Source: Paraspadella gotoi | Taxonomy: Eukaryota > Animalia > Chaetognatha | Direction: 5' to 3' | Length of the DNA stretch: 64,000 bases | NCBI GenBank assembly: GCA_051294375.1 | Contig: CM119266.1 | Coordinates: 19,355,657-19,419,656 of the forward strand | Part shown: positions 26,401 to 39,418 of the stretch, piece by piece | Position numbering within the stretch: the stretch's first letter is position 1 | Layout of the letters: each line of letters opens with the position of its first letter | The notes under the pieces: generated by a model | What the model saw: only the letters and a program-made list of their open reading frames with translations | The model's database searches: none | What the model was told of the DNA's origin: nothing | Position numbers and translations under genes: made by a program

Positions 26401-29400
26401 CCGCTCGAAACACTTGCACTCTCCGCAGACGCATTTCCCTTTTCCCGAGCAGACTATCGAAGTGTCGTTATTTTTTCGGCAGGACGCTTCGTAATCCTTC
26501 AAATCTAAAATGAACGAAAGAGAACTTAAAGGAAGAGCAACTTGCAGGAAATGACCCAACATCGAACATTGAGCAACAATTCAAATCTTTTTGGATGCAA
26601 ACTTTCCTATTATCTAGCAAAGTCGAAACGATATGAAAAAAAACAAAACAAACTATTAAAGTGGATTGTAATCCAAATCCAAGAAGATAATCTCTTTTTC
26701 ATCACTACTCACTGGGTTCTGTGGATGAGCATTCACAGAATTTTCCATATCGATCGCTGGGACACGTGCACTGGCCACACTCGAACGTTCCGTTCCCGTT
26801 GCTGCAGCGCGGAGATTTCCGCTCCTCTTTTTCAGGACTCTCGCATTCGCATTCGCAGAGGGCGTCCAGGTTGATCTGAAAAAGTGAAAACATCGCGTTA
26901 CACTCATTCGCTCAGAAAGACAATGCGGCGTAGTCGTGTAAGACTTGGTTCTCTCAGTACCCAATACTGTACAGATGAGCGATCAAAAATACGTGATACG
27001 TTTCATGCCTGGAAAACCTAATCACCTACAAATTCTTACACGTAGTAAGAAATTTTGAATTTTGAAATTTTCGAGACTTTGTTTTATTATTTTCTCTCTT
27101 TTTTTTAATGAAAAATTGAAAGATTACTTGTTTTACTAAATTATACTTTAAAATTTTATATTAAAATTTTAAAATAAATGTAAGAATTTAATAAATTTTA
27201 ATAAATTTTATATTCAAATTTTAAAATAAATGTAAGAATTTTATTTAATTCAATTCTTATAAAGTCGCCATATTCTTTTCATTCAGTTGACCTTGAGAGT
27301 TTCGTCCAACCCGACTGGCTTAATCTCTATCTTCTGCCTTGGTCTCTTCGGACATCCTCGTGAGTTCACGCGGACTTCAAATTCCACCGTCTCGTTGATG
27401 CCGATGTCTTCGCAGGCGACCGTCTCTAAGAGCTCGTGCTTACCGGCGCACGTACTAAAGAAGCGGACCTGAAAACGTTTTGCAAAAGTTAATGTGTCGA
27501 TCAATTGCCAGAATGATTAATGTTTAATTTCAATAAATTTTTATCATCATCATCACAATCTTCTTTTTATTTTTATATTAAATTTTTTTTATTGTTACTT
27601 ATACCTTTTTTATATTTTAATATTTTTTAGTCTTTATATTTATATCCATTAATCACTTTAAGTTTTAGGTTTGTTACATTAACAATGATATCAACTCAGC
27701 GCGAAATTAAAAAAATATTTAGTTATTGGTCTATGAGATATCAGCACAAAAAGAAACTGCATAATCTCAGTTTAAAATACAAATTTTGATCTCTCTGTAG
27801 AATTTTTGTCGTCATGAATTTTGTCGGAAAAACGAAAACTTTATTGGTAAAACGTTTTATATTATATAATTATACGTTTATGATGGTTTTCCATTATCAA
27901 GAACTTGGTCGTTGACGTAGTATTCCACTGTTCTTTGACATCCGGTTTAACATCTGATAATCCATATCACTGTCACTGTCATGTCACTGATTACCTGAAT
28001 GTCATCGTCGGCCTCCGCAGTCATCTTGACCTCTGAAGTGATCTTCTGATAATTGTCTCTCACGAGTTCGACTATGTTCGCCGAATCGTCGGCCAATCTC
28101 CCGGCGCGAGATCCCTGGCCGAGAGTCAGATATGCGTTATGTCGTTAGATTATACTATAATTTATATTATTTAAATAAAAAAAATTGTCTTGCTTTTAAT
28201 AACCAGCGGAATGAATTAGACTTAATAAAACCTGAATTCTATCAAAATTAAATTGATTGTTGTCGTTACAAAATTTAAAAGAAACAAACTTTAAACTTAA
28301 CTTTTCGGTACCAGTCATTATGAAAATTAAGAATTTTTAGCTTTACTGATAATATTCCATAGGTTTCATTATTCCCTTCTCCTATTTCACACTCCTCTCC
28401 TTCAACGGACATTCGAGTATTTATTTTTGCTTTTCTTATCTGTATCTATCTCTCTCGCTATCTCTTCTTGAACTCGTAAACGTTTTTCGTTTGCTTTTAA
28501 AGATTCTCTCGGGACAGACTACGTCGAAAACAGGAAGGAAGTGGGAGAAAAAAAAAAGAAAGTGAAAGGCTTTAAAAACGTAGGGATTATTTTCCGAAAG
28601 CGCCCGATATCTGTTGCTAATCTGAAAAAACATTGCCATTAGATATATATTATTATATCTTAGTTACAAAATTGATTTAAAAAGTGAGGTATCGAAACTC
28701 ACGTCTATTTCTTCGGCGAGTAGATTGTAGACTTCAACTTGATCAGCCGTGACAGCGAAGATTAAGTTGATACTTTTGTCGGTCACGACTTTATTTATCT
28801 AAGTCAGACATACATAAATATATAAATTAACATTTAACAATCACTGTCGAGCAAATTTCAATTGAAAATCATGATGTTCTTTTTAATTTCCAACCTGGGA
28901 TATCGACGGATAATCTTGCACGGTTGAATAAACGTACTCGCCATCAACCAGGTGGCATTTGCCATCGTTCGGTTCGACGATGCCACCTAATTTTCCATCG
29001 CCTAAAAATTAAAAAAACTTAAGACGTGAGTGAAATTTGAATATACATCGCAGTCTATATAAAAGTATATACGGTACGGTACACCAGGTACAGTGAATTA
29101 AAAGGCTGTATTTTATATTAATTTATATTATCATTAGATTATTTATTTATATTTTCTCATCAATCGTATATTTTAGCTTGGAGAATGAGAGATGGAATAA
29201 TCACCGGCAGAATGGAATTCCGAATCTGTGGAGAAGACGAGAAGTTTCCGACTTCGGTTTCTCCATTTGATTTGATCAACACAAACAACGGACTGCATGA
29301 TGGCGTCGAAACCTCCCTCGGGGGCGTCAAGGTTTCCGCTCACTAAACACAGATAATTTAAGTCTAACTTGATCGAATGAGGTCATCGCTAGCAATAACA

Positions 29401-29510
29401 ATGAATAACAATAATAATAATAACAATAATAACAATGAACGTATACATGAGCGAAGGCGACAGCTGGACAAGAATATTTTTTACATTTATTCTTTTTTCT
29501 TTCATACTTC

Positions 29511-29551
<41 letters not shown>

Positions 29552-29598
29552 CTTCTCTCTCCTCTCTCTCTCTCTTTCTTCTTTCTTTCTTTCTTTTT

Positions 29599-29635
<37 letters not shown>

Positions 29636-32600
29636 TTTCTTTTCTTTCTTTCTTTCTTTCTTTCTCTATCTATCCCCTCTCCTTCACCTTTCTTGAAAGA
29701 AATAAGTATTATATTTCAATAATATTTTCGCTTCTTCGGTCTATATCAATCATGCTGCAGATTCACCGGGACTGATAAACCAAAACCCCCACAAAAGCCG
29801 TTGACCATGCCCGCCTTGACTCGCACGCTTCAGACTCCCTCCTCACCGCGGGTCGCTCGTTTTTAACTTACCTCTTTTTACTCTTCGCTTAAACTCGTCC
29901 ACCTTTCGCGTCAAAGGGAGGTCATTGCGGAATCCATAGGGCGGGGCGCACCCGTCGCAGGGCTCCTTCAACTTACGCTCGACTGTAGAAACATAGGGCA
30001 TCACCTGAGGTTTAAGGAGACAGATGAATATTGAATACAGATAGCAATGGACTCAAGCAGATGACCAAAGGGAAAAAATCAACGTTGTTGATGGAGTATT
30101 TATGAATATTAATTATGTTTAATTACGATTAAATATTGTTTACCGTTTTATCGACGAACGAGCCGAAGCCGAGACGAAAATCTTTCGTGATCTCTTTCAT
30201 CTTTTCAGACAAAACCGTACCTAATGAAAAAACAAAAGGGAAACGTAAATTTAAAACGAAATGACCAAAAATAGATTAGGAAACGAGAAAAACCTAATCT
30301 CGCGAAACAAAGCNNNNNNNNNNGCAGCTTTAAGTCTTGCTGCCACAATATCATATATACGACACAAAGTACGTATCCATCTGGTATAGTCTATATATTG
30401 TATAATTATCATCAAAACTTATTTTTATCCAATTTCTGAAAATAACCTTTTCATTCTCGCTCGTTAGCAGCCATGAAAGTTAAAGTGGTTCTTGTAGAGA
30501 GAGATATCTGTACTAGCATAGACTCTTTCATTCGTCTGGCCAAATGATCTGTGGCACAATCTCAGGTTTCTCGTGTTCATCTCGCCTCTCAACGGTTCTT
30601 AACTTAAGATGAAAGTCCCGGCTTTCTTTTTCAATAGCGCCCCAAAGCCGCCCTATTTCTGTTTAATTCTAATTCTCATATTTAACCATAATCTGTTATA
30701 AAACTCAGAACTTCAAATTTAGAACGAAATTGGTCGTTCTGGGAAAATAAGGCCGAAAGACCCTCATCTAAGACGCGTTTGGAATATTTCCTCACCCAAA
30801 TCGGCGAGCTTCTCCTTGTCGTCCTTCATGGATGCAGAGAGATCCATGAGGTAATACAGATCCACTGGATAGTCCTCCGCCTGACGGAATTTGATTTTGA
30901 ATTTTGCCGCGCTTTTTGGTCGAAGGCGAACGTCCACCTCCTGAGGGAACAACTGGACGGCGTTTTTGGCCCCGCCTTTAGAAGAGGCCAATGGCTTGGC
31001 CTTTCTGGGCGTCGTCTCGCTGCGAGCCTGGAGGGAAAGAAAGCTTTTATGATCAAGACGTGAAAAATATGATAATTAAAATAATTATTAAATAACTATT
31101 ATTAAGAGTCCTATTGAAATTGTGATCACTAATCATTAATACATGGCTAATCTCGTCCGCAGATAAGATTCATATAAACACATATGCCGTATGAATATCT
31201 TCTAACAAAAACGATCACAAGCGGAATCATACAACGAACGCCTGCCAGAGGGTAGACTCATTCAAACGCACGCAATGCACAAGATGACCCTTCGTACGAA
31301 ACCCTCTGATTATAGAGAGAAGAGAATCGTCCTCGAAAAGGGCGATAATAACAAAAGTATCAGATGAGACCTCCTGCTCTTATTCATTACCAATATAACT
31401 CTCATTTTCAATTTAATATGTTATAATGTTATACAGTAGACAAAGACGAAGAGGCACTGGCGGACGTAAATAAAATAAGAAAAAACAGGCAGATAGCAAT
31501 ACAAGACAAATATAAAACGCAACTGGCACAAGATCTAGAAAACTCGAAAACCGATATAACTACTCCTACACCGCCTATTTCGCTGCTCCCCCGTAATAGC
31601 GTGAACTAAAGCCTCATTCCTCGATCCTCTTCTACCGCGTGTTCACTCGACGCTCCCTCGTTCTCCCGTTTCCTCCATGTACCCAACTGGATTGAGTTCC
31701 TTGCATTTCAATCCAAGTTATTGCTTGTCGCGCCTGCGGCGTTCAAGCGTCGGCAGGACGAGGAGGGGTTGGATCGCCTCCGCATCTCGCGATCTTAAGC
31801 CGCGAAAAGTACACGTCAAAATTGGAGGAGTCGGCCGGACGACGAAAGCCGGATTTAAGAGGCCTGCAGCACGAACGGCGCGACGTGCCTCGGCGGAGAA
31901 ACCTCATTTCGCACGGCTGGCCCCCTGCTCCCTGCCCCGTTCCCGACTTGGACGAGTAGGTCTTGCCGGCTCTCCGCGGCTTGAGTGGACTCCATGCTGA
32001 CCTGACGACGTTATGCCAAAGAAAGCGAGGCCCGCCGCGGATCTTAAGGCGTGACACGGACTAAGCGATCGAATCGGGCGTGACAGAGAATCCCGTCGTT
32101 GCCGATGCGATTACAAATACGGTTGACTCTCGTATAAAAAAAATAGTCGAGCCGGTCTTGGGCGTTCGAACCATTCTAGTCTGTTTCACATGCCTCACCT
32201 TCTCTTTCCTTTATAATTAGTTTAAAGCTTTTAGTTTTGTCAAAGCGAGGCTCGTCCTTGGGTCCATCGCGCCAGTGAACAAGGCATCACTGAGGGTCGG
32301 AAACCCCAAAAGCCAACGGTGAGATGCCCCATCCAACGGGCATCAGAGGCAACCCGTCTGTTGCCATTAAGCCAATGGGATTGGACTGAACAATGGTGGA
32401 TGTATAGGTATTGTGAATAATCACCAACCAAAGATATATAGAAATTAGAAAAAAGCAGTTAAAAATAGGTTCATGAAGAAGGATGTTTAAATAAGCCATT
32501 ATTGATTCTCGTGGCATCGCTCTCGACCTTATCTTAAGACACACAGATCAGCTTCACCTGTTTGGGCGTTGCTGACCTTGTACTCGATGTCACAACCATT

Positions 32601-34735
32601 TTGACGAGATTGTCCCACGACGATCGCATCGAGTCACGTCCTGGGTCGTGAACCGTCACCTGCTATCTTGTCGCCACCAACACGCCAAACGAGGCGGTCT
32701 AAATGGAGGAGCGAGAAAGGGGGTGAAGAATAAATACTGAAGATTGAAAAGAATTTAAGGGAAGTACGTATTATTCCGTGGCGGTAGTATTAAAATGGAA
32801 ATCGGAATAATTAAAAGAAATTATGCCTGCAATTTTTATATTTTAAGGAAGCTTGAAGTTGGGCTAGCCACACTCAATGGGGTGAGTCAAAAATTTAGAG
32901 TGAGNNNNNNNNNNNNNNNNNNNNNNNNNNNNNNNNNNNNNNNNNNNNNNNNNNNNNNNNNNNNNNNNNNNNNNNNNNNNNNNNNNNNNNNNNNNNNNNN
33001 NNNNNNNNNNNNNNNNNNNNNNNNNNNNNNNNNNNNNNNNNNNNNNNNNNNNNNNNNNNNNNNNNNNNNNNNNNNNNNNNNNNNNNNNNNNNNNNNNNNN
33101 NNNNNNNNNNNNNNNNNNNNNNNNNNNNNNNNNNNNNNNNNNNNNNNNNNNNNNNNNNNNNNNTTTTTTAGAAATTTTAAATTTTAAGACCAGATTCAGA
33201 TAGATAGACAAAGTATAATTTTTTTTGAATATTTTTATGATAAATAAGTAGAAAATAAGAAAAACCATAAAAAATTATCATCATCATTATTCGATGATTA
33301 TATTGGTTTTTTTAGATTTTTCTCGATATTTCTCGTTTAACTTTTTATGCTCTATCAGAATCCATAAAAAAATTTTAAGATATAAAAATTTTTTTACTTA
33401 TATAGTAATAAAAAAAATTATTTACGATAGTACCCTCAGAAAAAGCATTTTTGACAAAAAATATTTTAATATTATAATCCATGCTCATTATAGATTATTT
33501 TAATGCTGTATACATTAGTATTTAAATTTCATCGGCTATGGCTATTTGAAGTGAGGAAATTGATAGAAAGAGGCATTAAGAGAAAATGGATTAGATTAGA
33601 TTAAATTTAAAAAATAAAATCTAATAAAACGAAAAAAACGACATGGAAATTCTACATCCGGAGAACTAAATAAAAGAATGGCATCTCGTAAAATTAGTTT
33701 AATTAGTTATAATAATATATATTTAAATGCTTTAGTGTTACATCACAGATAGTGTTACATCACAAAATAAACTAATTTGAAAAGTTACAGCAGAGATCGC
33801 TGTAATATAAGGAATATATGTATTTATATAAATATATATTTATTTAGAACTTTATTTTGTAAAAAGTATCAAATTTTAGGCCACCTTAGTGAAAAACTTA
33901 AAATGCCATTACTCACAAAATAAATGCTACTTATTTCGCCTAATTCTTATTTATTTTAGTTAATACTTTATTATGATATTCTTTTCAATTCGTTGTGTTT
34001 TAATATTTAGCAAAAACAAAGTTTGAATTTGTACAGTACTAATAAAATTGTTGTTGTACAAATACAAACTTTGTTTTTGCTAAAAGTTAATAGAGTGAAA
34101 GTTACAGATCAAAATTCGAATAGTTAATCATGAACAGTCTTGTACTAAAGAACATTAATATATAAAATTGTTTAAAAATTTTTCAGTTTTTGCATTTTCG
34201 CATAATACTCACCATAAAAAATTTCAAAATTTTAAAATAGTTTTTTATTAGTTTTTAATTCCTCATAAAAAGTAGATAAAAATTTTAATCAAAAATTATT
34301 TCATTAAGTTAGCTAAAAATTAAAAAAACTATATTTTTTATAACTAAATTCAATTATAGGTTAATTATAACAGTTATTTAGAATTTTGAAAGTAATTTTT
34401 TAAAAAGTCCAAACCCTGTAATATATCAAACTATTATTAGTGCCACAGTAACAGTTCAGCTTAAGCCCTTGAAAGCGATTTACATGTATTAGCGCAGCCA
34501 CTGGTATTTCCTTCGATCAACTTTTCTTGAGAAATTCGAATCTGCTTTTTAAAATTTTGACATTTTCTATGGTGAGTACTATATATGAATATGGGCTAAT
34601 GCGAAAATTGAAAAATAAAAAATAATTTGTTTTGATTTAAAAATGTTCACAGGTACAACTACAAGACTTTTGTCATAAAGAAAGTCGCGCGAGACTTTCA
34701 ACTTTTTAATTATACATCACTCACCTGCGACGATG
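20455..34735 (-). CDS. ITGB1: Integrin beta subunit (beta1-like tail); 5' exons incomplete because of gaps
   Basis: At least 17 exons, including ~31027-30797 ([24 protein letters not shown]), 30221-30144 ([11 protein letters not shown]), ~29342-29205 ([16 protein letters not shown]), Cys-rich EGF exons at 26875-26712, 26505-26392, 25579-25350 and 25237-25100, then 21885-21800, 21038-20902 and 20639-20455 ([53 protein letters not shown]). The PSI exon at 32538-32698 is garbled by indels. The symbol denotes similarity, not proven orthology. Confidence 0.95.
23114..24855 (+). CDS. Stand-alone HEPN-domain protein (DZIP3/hRUL138-like HEPN), about 222 aa, nested in an integrin intron
   Basis: Exons 23114-23261, 23831-23924, 24117-24146, 24247-24455 and 24668-24855 join through GT-AG introns into a 669-nt open frame. 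It contains [14 protein letters not shown]...[40 protein letters not shown] (Rx4H motif). The start codon is uncertain. Confidence 0.72.
23280..23810. mobile_element. MITE-like element with imperfect inverted ends and an internal palindrome
   Basis: Shares caatggggtg(g/a)gtca, cagattcagatag, acaaagtataatt, gctctatcagaatc and tttaatgctgt blocks with 32860-33545. Ends are ttagctagagccaaa and tttggtcggctaccgctaa. Confidence 0.65.
29515..29670. repeat. Compound (CT)n/(CTTT)n microsatellite
   Basis: Seen directly. Similar GA/CT tracts occur at 1601, 16750, 17537, 39343, 46271 and 60800, and (CTTT)n at 63570-63700. Confidence 0.95.
30324..30347 (-). mobile_element. 5' end of another family A LTR copy (collapsed into the small gap)
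   Basis: gcagctttaagtcttgctgccaca is the exact reverse complement of the LTR start at 54980. Confidence 0.7.
31419..32084 (-). mobile_element. GC-rich intronic insertion, possible solo LTR
   Basis: On the minus strand it begins TGTCACG and ends TATAACA. The body is GC-rich with only spurious ORFs. No TSD was found. Confidence 0.25.
32260..32369 (+). mobile_element. 3' part of LTR-like family B
   Basis: gcgccagtga...tcactgagggtcggaaacccc...gccaacggtgagatgccccatccaacgggcatca...ctgttgccat matches 56095-56200. Confidence 0.8.
32860..33545. mobile_element. Second copy of the MITE-like family at 23280 (interrupted by gap)
   Basis: Colinear shared blocks with 23280-23810. Confidence 0.6.
34125..34680. 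mobile_element. Long imperfect inverted repeat, MITE-like
   Basis: agtcttgta...ttttcgcat...tactcaccata...aaaattttaaaa is mirrored by ttttaaaatttt...tatggtgagta...atgcgaaaa...tacaagact. Confidence 0.55.
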
Positions 34736-35896
34736 NNNNNNNNNNNNNNNNNNNNNNNNNNNNNNNNNNNNNNNNNNNNNNNNNNNNNNNNNNNNNNNNN
34801 NNNNNNNNNNNNNNNNNNNNNNNNNNNNNNNNNNNNNNNNNNNNNNNNNNNNNNNNNNNNNNNNNNNNNNNNNNNNNNNNNNNNNNNNNNNNNNNNNNNN
34901 NNNNNNNNNNNNNNNNNNNNNNNNNNNNNNNNNNNNNNNNNNNNNNNNNNNNNNNNNNNNNNNNNNNNNNNNNNNNNNNNNNNNNNNNNNNNNNNNNNNN
35001 NNNNNNNNNNNNNNNNNNNNNNNNNNNNNNNNNNNNNNNNNNNNNNNNNNNNNNNNNNNNNNNNNNNNNNNNNNNNNNNNNNNNNNNNNNNNNNNNNNNN
35101 NNNNNNNNNNNNNNNNNNNNNNNNNNNNNNNNNNNNNNNNNNNNNNNNNNNNNNNNNNNNNNNNNNNNNNNNNNNNNNNNNNNNNNNNNNNNNNNNNNNN
35201 NNNNNNNNNNNNNNNNNNNCAATGTTATTTTGGGAAAACAAAACTTTATGAATTTCAAGAAACGACAGAGCCCAAATTTCTATTTAAAATTAGTCTGCAA
35301 AAGTAAAGTTTTTTTTCGGTGAAAGGTCGAGCGATAAACAAAGAATTACGTCGAAAATCTGACCTTTCAAAGAATTGTAACAATTAAGTTTTCTTTAGCC
35401 TAAGCGGCAATCCGGGAACGGAAAACAAAAAATTGACTTTCCCCCCCCTAAAAAAAAGGGATTGCGGCAGAGTAAAATTGATTTCGATATAACAGGGACG
35501 TTTATAGTCGAAATTTCAGCGTCAATCAACCTTGGGGAGACAAAAACACGGGGACGCAGTTGCGGGTCCAGAGAGTTCAAGAGCGAGCGACTCGACCAGA
35601 TTGGAAAATGCAAAGATAAGAATCATTCGAGCTTCTGAGGTCGAGATTTCCCCGAACCCGAAAATCCTAAGATGTTTGTTTTTTCCCCTTTGGATTCTCT
35701 ATTCGCTTTTATTGCGCCCAGACAAAAGTTCCTCTGTTCATTCATTGTTTCATGTGTTAGTAATAAAGAAAAATATTTTTTGTCGAGACGAATTAAAACG
35801 AAAATGAAGCCTTGGAGATGAATTAAAAAAGGAAATAGTGTAAAGTATTTTCATATAAGTCGGTTTGTTTTGTGGGAGACGAAAATAGAAAGAAAT

Positions 35897-36126
35897 TGTT
35901 ACGAGACTTCGGTCACAGAGTAAACAGAAGAACTACATTTTTGACATTTTGAGGTCGACTTTTCTTGGGCTTTTTTCTCGACGTTCAAGTCCGAGTCTTG
36001 AACCCGATCTATCCTGGCCTCCACGAACAAATTCGGATGGTTCCGGTTGGTGGACGTAATCCTGTAACCGGACCTCACGACGACCTCAACCAATCAGCGG
36101 ACAATTGCCTCGCGGCTTCCGTAACA
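35897..36126. mobile_element. Possible 230-bp solo LTR or short TIR element
   Basis: Perfect 7-bp terminal inversion TGTTACG...CGTAACA around a GC-richer core. No clear TSD. Confidence 0.25.
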
Positions 36127-37405
36127 AATTTTTTCCCCAGACTCCTTAACATACTGCAAAAAGCATGAGGCAATTTTTAGAACGTGGGTCTCGGGTTCAC
36201 TTCCCGAGCTCCCCAGTTGCCACAGTTTGACGGGTCGCGGCGGCCATTCAGGGTGCGTAAACCCCTGTGAACATTCTGTTGGTGAGATGTTCTGCGCTCA
36301 GCTGAGCCCCGAGCTTCAATTATCATCTCCGCCTTTATCAAAAAAAAAAAAAAAGAATATTTATTCTCCTTTTCTTGTTACTCATTAAGATTTTTAACGT
36401 AATTTTTTTATTTTCACCGCTAAGGATGCGTCCACACCCAAATATGGCGCCCTTTACCATTGTAAAATTGAGTGTGGTGCAGAGATTCATTAGAGGAAGC
36501 AATTAAATAACCTTGCTTATACAATTAATGAATTCAAAGGAATAATCAAAGGTACCAACTTTGCCGTTCAGGAGAAAAAAATATTTTTTTTCGTTTTGCT
36601 TAAATCGTTAAAAAAGGCGGAAGCCATCTCGAGGTCAAATTGTGGCCAAACAGATGGATTTACCATTAAGTTGATGAACTGAAACAAAAAAAGCAAATTC
36701 CGATTTTCATTTGAGTTAAACTTAAAGGTGAAGACGGGGAATCAGTTTTGACGTCGATAGCGTTTTCGTTTCGACTTTCGAAACAGAAAACTGGAGAGTT
36801 GTTTTGCTTTTCGAGTTGTTTTCACTTCGGGTTGTCTTTTTAATTCATCCAAACGTTTCTTTATCTTCCTTTAAACGTATGTTTTATAGATTTTACATTT
36901 TCGAAACTGTTTTTCGGACGAGATAAAAATAGTGAGGAAAGTAAAGTAGTGATAGTGAAGTAACAGGATTTCTATTAGGAAACCTTGTTTTTAATAAATG
37001 CAATTTTCATTCAGGTGTAACCGGTGGACAACTAGAAGTTATCCCATGTAAATAATGGTTAATGGTCAAGTGACTATTATAAAATATGAAAACAAAAATA
37101 GTTTCAAGATTTATCTAGTAGATAAGAATGCGGAGGCTTTTAAAAATTATTTATTACTATTACTATAATCTTATTACCATGATTTTTAAGAAAAAAATTG
37201 AATTGAAAGTGGGTCAAAAATAAAAAATAAAAAAATTTGAAAAAATAAAAATTTAACCAATGTCATTGCAATGATTTCGTAAGCTTTTTTATTTTTGACC
37301 CACTTTTCAAAATGTAAAAAATTCTAATTATAACAACTTTTATTTAAATTCGCTCGCTCTATTAGAATTCGTTCTTAAAAAAAAAAAAATTAAAAAAAAA
37401 AGAGT

Positions 37406-39161
37406 TTAATGTTTTAAATGACAACAGGGTGGAAAAGATGCGGGCCTCCGATTGCTCTTGAAGGATTTCCACAGAAAAGCGACAATCTTCCCCACAGTTT
37501 CCGGCCGAGATTCTAACATTTCCATCCACTCGGTGGAAGTCATGACTTCCTCGCCGAACTCGACGAAACAGTGGAGGCTTTCCCGAAGCAGCACCGGCGC
37601 TTTGAATTCCTCGGCCAATGCCAGCGACTTCAGACAGGTTGTCGGCTTTACTTCCCTGGCCAAATGCTCCTGCGCGAATCGAAAAAGATCCTGGTCGTGA
37701 TAGCGGTCGGCGAGGAGCAGCAGGTCTTCAGCGTGGGGCTCAACCGGAAAACAGGAGCCGCTGTAGGCGAAGGTTATCCACTTGCGTACGACATCTGGGG
37801 AGACATCCGGGAGGCAGAGACGTCGATCTCGCGTTTCGATCACGTCGTGACGAAACATTGCGCCGAGGACGGGCGAGGACGATGACAGGACGGATTTATG
37901 GACGAAAAACTCCGCGTAGTCAGAAATACTTGGGAGGGCGAAGGAAAACCAACGGGTTGTGAATTAAGTTAAAGACACCCATGTGCAAAAAACTCTCAAA
38001 AGACGCTCAATAAAAATATTTTTACTTAATATACATAAAAAAATAGTTTTTTAAAAGAGGAATTAATAAGTATAATTTTATTTTAATCGGTAAAGTTTTT
38101 TAAACAAAAAAAAATGAATTTTAGAAACATTACCCTGCTACTATTGCATTTTTTAATAATCTTAAAATTGTTAAATAAGGATCTGGGTTAATCTTGTTAT
38201 CCAGTTATCTTTCCGGATATCCAATATAATTATTATAAATTTATAAGTTTTTTAATATACTACAAAAAATGTAAAATATAAAAAAAGATTAGTCTAAATA
38301 AATCAATTTTTTTTTATATTCAGTTTAGCTTTAGAATATTTTATTTTAAAAAATTCTGCTCTTTTATGGATGGTCCAATTTTTAAAAAATTTATGCTCTT
38401 TTTTATCAATAAACTATAATTGATATATAAATTATAATTATGTTTTATGGATTCAAGTATATAGAATAATTTTTTTGTAATTGTTGTGCTATAAATATTA
38501 TTTTTATATTTATTAAATTATTAAATGCACTGAAATAGACTTCGTTTAATTAAAATTATATTACAAGCTTATTTCAAGACCCGTCGATCTGTGATCCGAC
38601 GAACGGCTGTTTTCCCGCGCAGACGCGAAAATCAAAATCGTCGCTTTCGATCGGATAACATTGATAGCGTCGAAGGTCATCGATCGCCTCTCGATCGTGG
38701 ATCCGAAGATGGCATTTAACGACGCAAGGTTCCGCGGAGGGCAACCGTGAACGACGGCAGAATCTCGTCCAACCCTGACTCTCTGAGAATCGAATGTATC
38801 GATGACGCGTGGACCGGACCGCGATCGGAACCGCGCCCTCCCTCGCGGGGTTGTCGTCGAAAAGGCGAAATTCGAGGTCGATGTTGAATTTGGCAGGAGG
38901 TTCCAAATGGTCCGGCGAGATGCTGTCGATATGAAGGCCGAAATCCTCTTCGTCGAGGGTCGCGCGGACGATCCACTTGGAGCGGAAGAAGCCGACTCTG
39001 ATGATAAATGGGTCCGTCTTCAGGGTCGTCGTCGTAGTCTCCGTCGCTCCGTAGACGCAAATAGTGACCACGTTTATTTCCCGGTTTTCTATCCTTTCAA
39101 CGACTAAGCGAGGGCGATGGGACGGCGCAGCGGCGTAAGCTGCTCCTGCTGACGCTGACAT
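37406..39161 (-). CDS. SPOP/TDPOZ-like MATH-BTB protein
   Basis: Exon 39161-38581 encodes a MATH-like beta domain (KWIVRA, QGWTRFCRRSRL, VVKCHLRI) and the BTB start (DFDFRV). Exon 37928-37406 encodes EFFVHKSVLSSSSPVLGAMFRHD...FAYSG...AEDLLLLADRY. The phase-2 GT-AG intron joins them in frame. Confidence 0.85.
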
Positions 39162-39340
39162 GTCTCCGGATTAAGTTTCTCGATTTTGAAAAGAAAATTA
39201 AACTTTTTTCGAATCGCCTTTGTCCCGAAGTGAATTATTTCCAAGGGCGGCCGCTCGCGACGAGTTTTTTTCGACGATATTGTAATGATAAAAATTTGTT
39301 ATTCACCCACAATAAACACAGACTGAAACGATTTGTTGGG

Positions 39341-39418
<78 letters not shown>

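Noticed and set aside
29767-29771. Possible integrin microexon (AG|TCCCG|GT on the minus strand) to supply two residues missing before VSGNLD
   Set aside because: At 5 nt it breaks the frame as assembled, and it cannot be supported without reads.
31677-32057. Overlapping ~105-aa Arg-rich ORFs
   Set aside because: No recognisable motif; such ORFs are expected by chance in a GC-rich repeat-like insertion.
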